A DNA stretch of 64,000 nucleotides, from assembly GCA_030390025.1 (NCBI GenBank), contig CM059431.1, forward strand, positions 143,160,001-143,224,000. Reading direction: 5' to 3'. Shown here in pieces: positions 59,510 to 64,000 of this stretch; within the stretch, counting starts at the first letter, position 1; each line of letters starts with the position of its first letter. The DNA comes from Squalus acanthias. Taxonomy: Eukaryota. The notes beneath the pieces were generated by a model that was not told the DNA's origin, ran no database searches, and worked only from the letters and a program-made list of their open reading frames with translations. A program made the position numbers and the translations under genes.

Positions 59510-62440
59510 AATTGAACTAATGAAGGGGGCGGGGGGGGGGGCGGGAGGATTCAGGAAAGATTACATTTAAATGCAGTGAAATGTCAAGGCAAAAAAACAG
59601 AGTAGAGTTTTGGGTAAACATAAACAGAGTGGGTCAGGAAGGGACAGAGAGAGTAACAAAGGTAAAAAGGCATCAGTGACTAATATCTGAATGCGTGAAG
59701 CATTCACAACAAAATAGATGAATTAATAGCGCAGTTAGAAATTAACAGGTTTGATCTAATAGCCAAAACGGAGACGTGGTTGCAAAGTGGCCAAAGTTGG
59801 GAACTAAATATTCCAGGATACATAAATTTTATAAGAGATAGGCAAATTGAAAAAGGAGGAGGGGTAGCCCTGATAATAAGGGATGGGATACAGACAGTAG
59901 CGAGAAAGGATCTTAGCTCTGAAAATCACGAAGTAGAATTAGTTTGGGTGGATCTCAGAAACAGCAAGGGGCTGTATGCAAGATAGTTTTCTAGACCAGT
60001 ATGTTGAGGAACCAACTAGAGAACATGAACTTAGATCTAGTATTGTGCAACGAGAAAGGGTTAATTAATAACCTTGTAGTAAAGGGGCACTTAGAGAAGA
60101 GAGACCATAATATTACAGAATTTTATATTGAGTTTGAAAGAACATAGTTGAATCCGAAACTAGGGTCTTAAATCTAAACAAAGCAAACTACATAGGCATG
60201 AGGGGCGAGTTGGCTAAGGCAGATTGGGAAAATATATTAAAAGGTATGACAGTGGACGCGCAATGGCTAGCATTTAAAGAATTAATACATAATTTACAAC
60301 AAATATACATTCCTTTAAGGCACAAAATCCCCACAGGAAAAGTGATACAACTTTCGCTAACAAGAGAAGTTAAAGATAGTATTAGGTCAAAGGAAGAGGC
60401 TTTTAATGCTGCCAGAAAGTGTAGTAAGCCTGAGGATTGGGAGTATTTTCGAATTCAGCAAAGGAGGACCAATAAATGTATTAAGGAAGGGAAAATAGAA
60501 TGAGAGTAAACTAGCGAGAGACATAAATACAGTCTGTTAAAGCTTCTATAGATATGTAAAAAGGCAAAGTTAGCGAAAGTAAATGTGGTTCAGTTACAGA
60601 CTGAGACAGGAGAAATTATAATGAGGAATAAGGAAATTGGCAGAGAAATGAAAAAAAAACTTTGTGTCTATCTTCACAGTAGAAGACGCAAAAAACTTCC
60701 CGGAAATAGTGGACAAGTAAGGGTCCAGCGAGAATGAGGAGCGGAAAGAAATTAGGATTAGTAAAAAAGTAGTACTGGAGAAATTAATGGAACTGAAACC
60801 GATAAATCCCCTGGATCTGATGGCCTACTTCCTAGGGTTTTGAAAGAGGTCACTATAGAAATAGTTGGTGCATTGCTTGTAATTTTCCAATATTCCGTAG
60901 ATTCTGGAATGGTTCCACGGATTGGAAGGTAGCAAATATAATCCCACTAGTTAAGAAAGGAGGGAAAGAGAAAACGGGGAACTATAGTTCAGTAAGCCTG
61001 ATATCAGTAGTAGTGGAAATGCTAGAATCTATTGTTCAGGACGTGGTAACAGGGCGCTTAGAAAGTAATGATAGGATTGGGCAGAGTCAACACGAATTTA
61101 TGAAAGGGAAATCGTCTTTGAAAAATCTGTTAGAGTTTTTTAGGCTGTAACTAGCAGAATAGATAAGGGGTGACCAGTGGATGCGGTGTATTGGGATTTT
61201 CAGAAGGCATTCAATAATTAGGTTATTCAACAAAATGAGGGCTAATGGGATTGGGGTAATATTCTAGCAATATTCTACAATTGGTTAACCGACTGAAATA
61301 ATTGCAATAAATCGATTCTAACCGGAGTTGCGTTTGAGTAGCTCTATCAGAGAGGTTGTGGGTTAACCGACTGAAAACAGAGATTAGGAATAAACGGGTC
61401 ATTTTCGGGTTGGCAGGCTGTAACTATAAGGGTACCGCAAGGATCAATGCTTGGGCCGCAGCTATTCACAATCTAAATCAATTTTTTGGATGAGGGGACC
61501 AAATGTAATATATCCAAATTTACTGATGATACAAAGCTAGATGGGAATGTACGTTGTGAGGAGGATGCAAAGAGGCATCAAGGGCATACAGACAGACTAA
61601 GTGAGTGGGCAAGAACAAGGCAAATAGAATATAATTTCGAGAAATGTGAAGTTATTTACTTTGGTAGGAAAAGCAGAAAAGCGGAGTAATTTTTAAATGG
61701 TGCGAGATTGAGAAATGTTGGTGTTCAGAGGGAGATGGGTATCCTTGTACGCGAATCACTGAAATTTAACATGCAGGTGCAGCAAGCAATTAGGAAAGTA
61801 TGTTGGCCTTTTTTACAAGAGGATTTCAATTTAAGAATCAAGACGTCTTCCTGCATTTATATGGGGCCCTGGTGAGACCACACCTGGTGTATTGCGTGAA
61901 ATTGTGGTCTCCTTACCTAACGAAGGATATATTTGCCATAGAGGGAGAGCAAGGAAGGTTCACCAGACTGGTTCCTGGGATCGGGGGATTGTCCTATGAG
62001 GACAGATTGAGTGGACTAGGCCTATATTCTCGAGAGTTTCGAAGAATGAGATTTCATTGAAACATACAAAATTCTTACAGGGCTTGAAAGGCTAGATGCA
62101 GTGAGGATGTTTACCCTGGCTGGTGAGTCTAGAACCAGGGATCACAGTTTCAAAATAAAGGGTCGTCCATTTAGGACTGAGATGAGGAGAAATGTCTTCA
62201 CTCAGAGGGTGATGAATCTTTGGAATTCTCTACCCCAGAGGACTGTGGAGGCTCAGTCGCTGAGTATATTCAAGACAGAGGTAGTTAGATCTTTGAATAT
62301 TAAAGGGATTAAGGGAGATGGAGATAGTTTAGGAAAGTAGAGATGAGGTGGAAGATCAGCCATGATCTCATTGAATGGCGGAGCAGGCTCGAAAGGCCAA
62401 ATGATCTACTCCTGCTCCTGTTTCTTATGTTATATTGTTT
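59510..62440 (+). mobile_element. Degenerate CR1 ORF2 with 3' end
   Basis: WELNIPGY, KGGGVALII, ISKFTDDTKL, VRPHLVYC, FTQRVMNLWNSLPQR; many stops. Confidence 0.9.
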
Positions 62441-62469
62441 ATAGGATTGAAAGCTAAAGAAGCCCTTCC

Positions 62470-64000
62470 ATAATTATCCGATAATCTGCCCGCTGTGTGT
62501 GTGAGACTCCGGGGATGGGGCAGGTCTGGAATGTCCCAACACTGGAGTAGACAAGCGGAATTTAATTAAGAAAGTTTTAGCGAGTGTGGAATTAAAATGT
62601 ATTTATCCATTTAAAAGAAAATAGGAGTCATTATGCAGGGAGCAATATTAAGGATAAAGTAAAAGCATTTTAATTATCCAAAAATCTAGCAGGTAGATAG
62701 TAAGGAGTAGCCACGACTGTTAGGTAAATATTCGAAGTAGAACACAAGTGAATCATTGAAGGAGGGCTTGAATGAGCGACGGAGAACAACGGTTTTGAAA
62801 TATAGTTACATTGTTCAACCACATAAAATGGGAATCTGGAATCCAGGGACCCAGATACCGGGAGATAATGGAATGGGGACTGACCGGCGTGAAGGTTTAC
62901 TTACACTGGTACAAATTTCCTCAATTAGAGAAGATTCCTGAGGATCCGACAGTGGCTGAAATAATCCCAGTGTTTAAAATAAGGCCAGGAGAGATCTAAT
63001 GGGTGAGCACCTTGGAAAAGATGAAAGTAAATGGGAATTATATGGCTTTGAGGGACGATGTGTCATCTTTAACTAACCTGCTGGAGTTTCTGAAACACAT
63101 CACTGGCCTGTAGGGCAGGGGAAATGCAGTTGGAATGACCCAGTCTGATTTTAACGAAGCAGCGGACAAGGTTCCACATCTACAAATGGTGAGGAATTAT
63201 GGGATGGGTGGGAGATCTGGCACTGCACTGACAGCTCATTACAAAATGAAAGTAGGTTATCGACAAATGGGAAACTGTAAGAGACAGGTGACGATTGAAT
63301 CTCCGTGATCTTCCTTGGTATCAGTTTATTTTTAATCTTTTGTTCAATTGAAGCTCAACGGGGATGAGTGTATCTTAAAAAAATGAAAATGATACCAACA
63401 GCGATAAAACTATAAAACCATATAAATTTACTGGGCGGGAGTAATTAATTTGACCCATTCAATCTGTATTGGGTTCGTTGAGAGAGCAATGAAAAACTAT
63501 CGGCACTGTCCTCCTCTCTCTCCACAGACACTTATTTTCTCGTTTTTAAATATTCACCTAACTGTCCTCAAAATATTCTGTGAGGTAAAACATTCCATGC
63601 TCCAGCACCCTTTGCAGAAATAAGTTTCTTCTAAACTCTCTGCACATTCCCATTGTGACCATTTTAAGTCGAATACCCTTTAATGCTAGCTCCCTTACGA
63701 GATGGAATAATCTCTCCCTCTTGACTCTGACGAAACTGTTGATATTTTATAGAATCTCTAATAAATCTCCTCTTAGCTTTCGCTGCTCCAGTGCAAATAG
63801 TCCCAACATCTTGACCCTCATTACCAGTATAGTTCTGATCCATGGCACCATCCTGGTGTGTCTACACTGCCCGCTCTCAGTGGATTTAATTGCCTTTCCA
63901 CAATGAGGGACCGAAGCTGTACCTGGTGTTCTAATGGTGGCCTCACCATTTTGTAAAGATTCATCATCACTTGTTTATTCTTGTGATTAATGTCCCTGTC
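62470..64000. mobile_element. Highly decayed CR1-like remnants (+ to ~63400, - thereafter)
   Basis: VAEIIPVFK, CTAACCTGCTGGAGTTT and GACAAGGTTCCACAT on +. On -, a CR1 C-terminal pattern (AAATCTCCTCTTAGC..., CACCATCCTGGTG). Confidence 0.6.

Overview
Eukaryotic, repeat-dominated window, most likely from a cartilaginous fish (shark). This is inferred from the repeat families, the NLR-type LRR exons and the GPR139-like receptor. Host genes: the last three LRR exons of an NLR gene (998-1817, +), a disrupted two-exon GPR139-like GPCR (47103-48515, +) and a decayed tRNA cluster (18.4-23.3 kb). Most other sequence is nested CR1/L2-type LINEs, including one near-intact young CR1 at 52451-55705. There are also SINEs, three LTR-like elements, a MITE, Penelope-like termini, several minisatellites and two locally amplified segmental modules (3.7-11.3 kb and 25.0-39.7 kb). 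The most notable observations are: (i) a TTTAAAC slippery heptamer at the CR1 ORF1/ORF2 junction, in the correct phase for -1 frameshifting and present in three diverged copies, with no ATG ahead of the ORF2 endonuclease; (ii) a well-formed minimal hammerhead ribozyme in a TSD-flanked 206-bp insert; (iii) four amplified ~210-bp palindromes with back-to-back hammerhead-like cores, one of which has a flipped centre; (iv) a tail-less, TSD-less ~99% copy of an internal CR1 segment pasted into an older LINE. No database searches were run, so repeat family names and the boundaries of old repeats are approximate.
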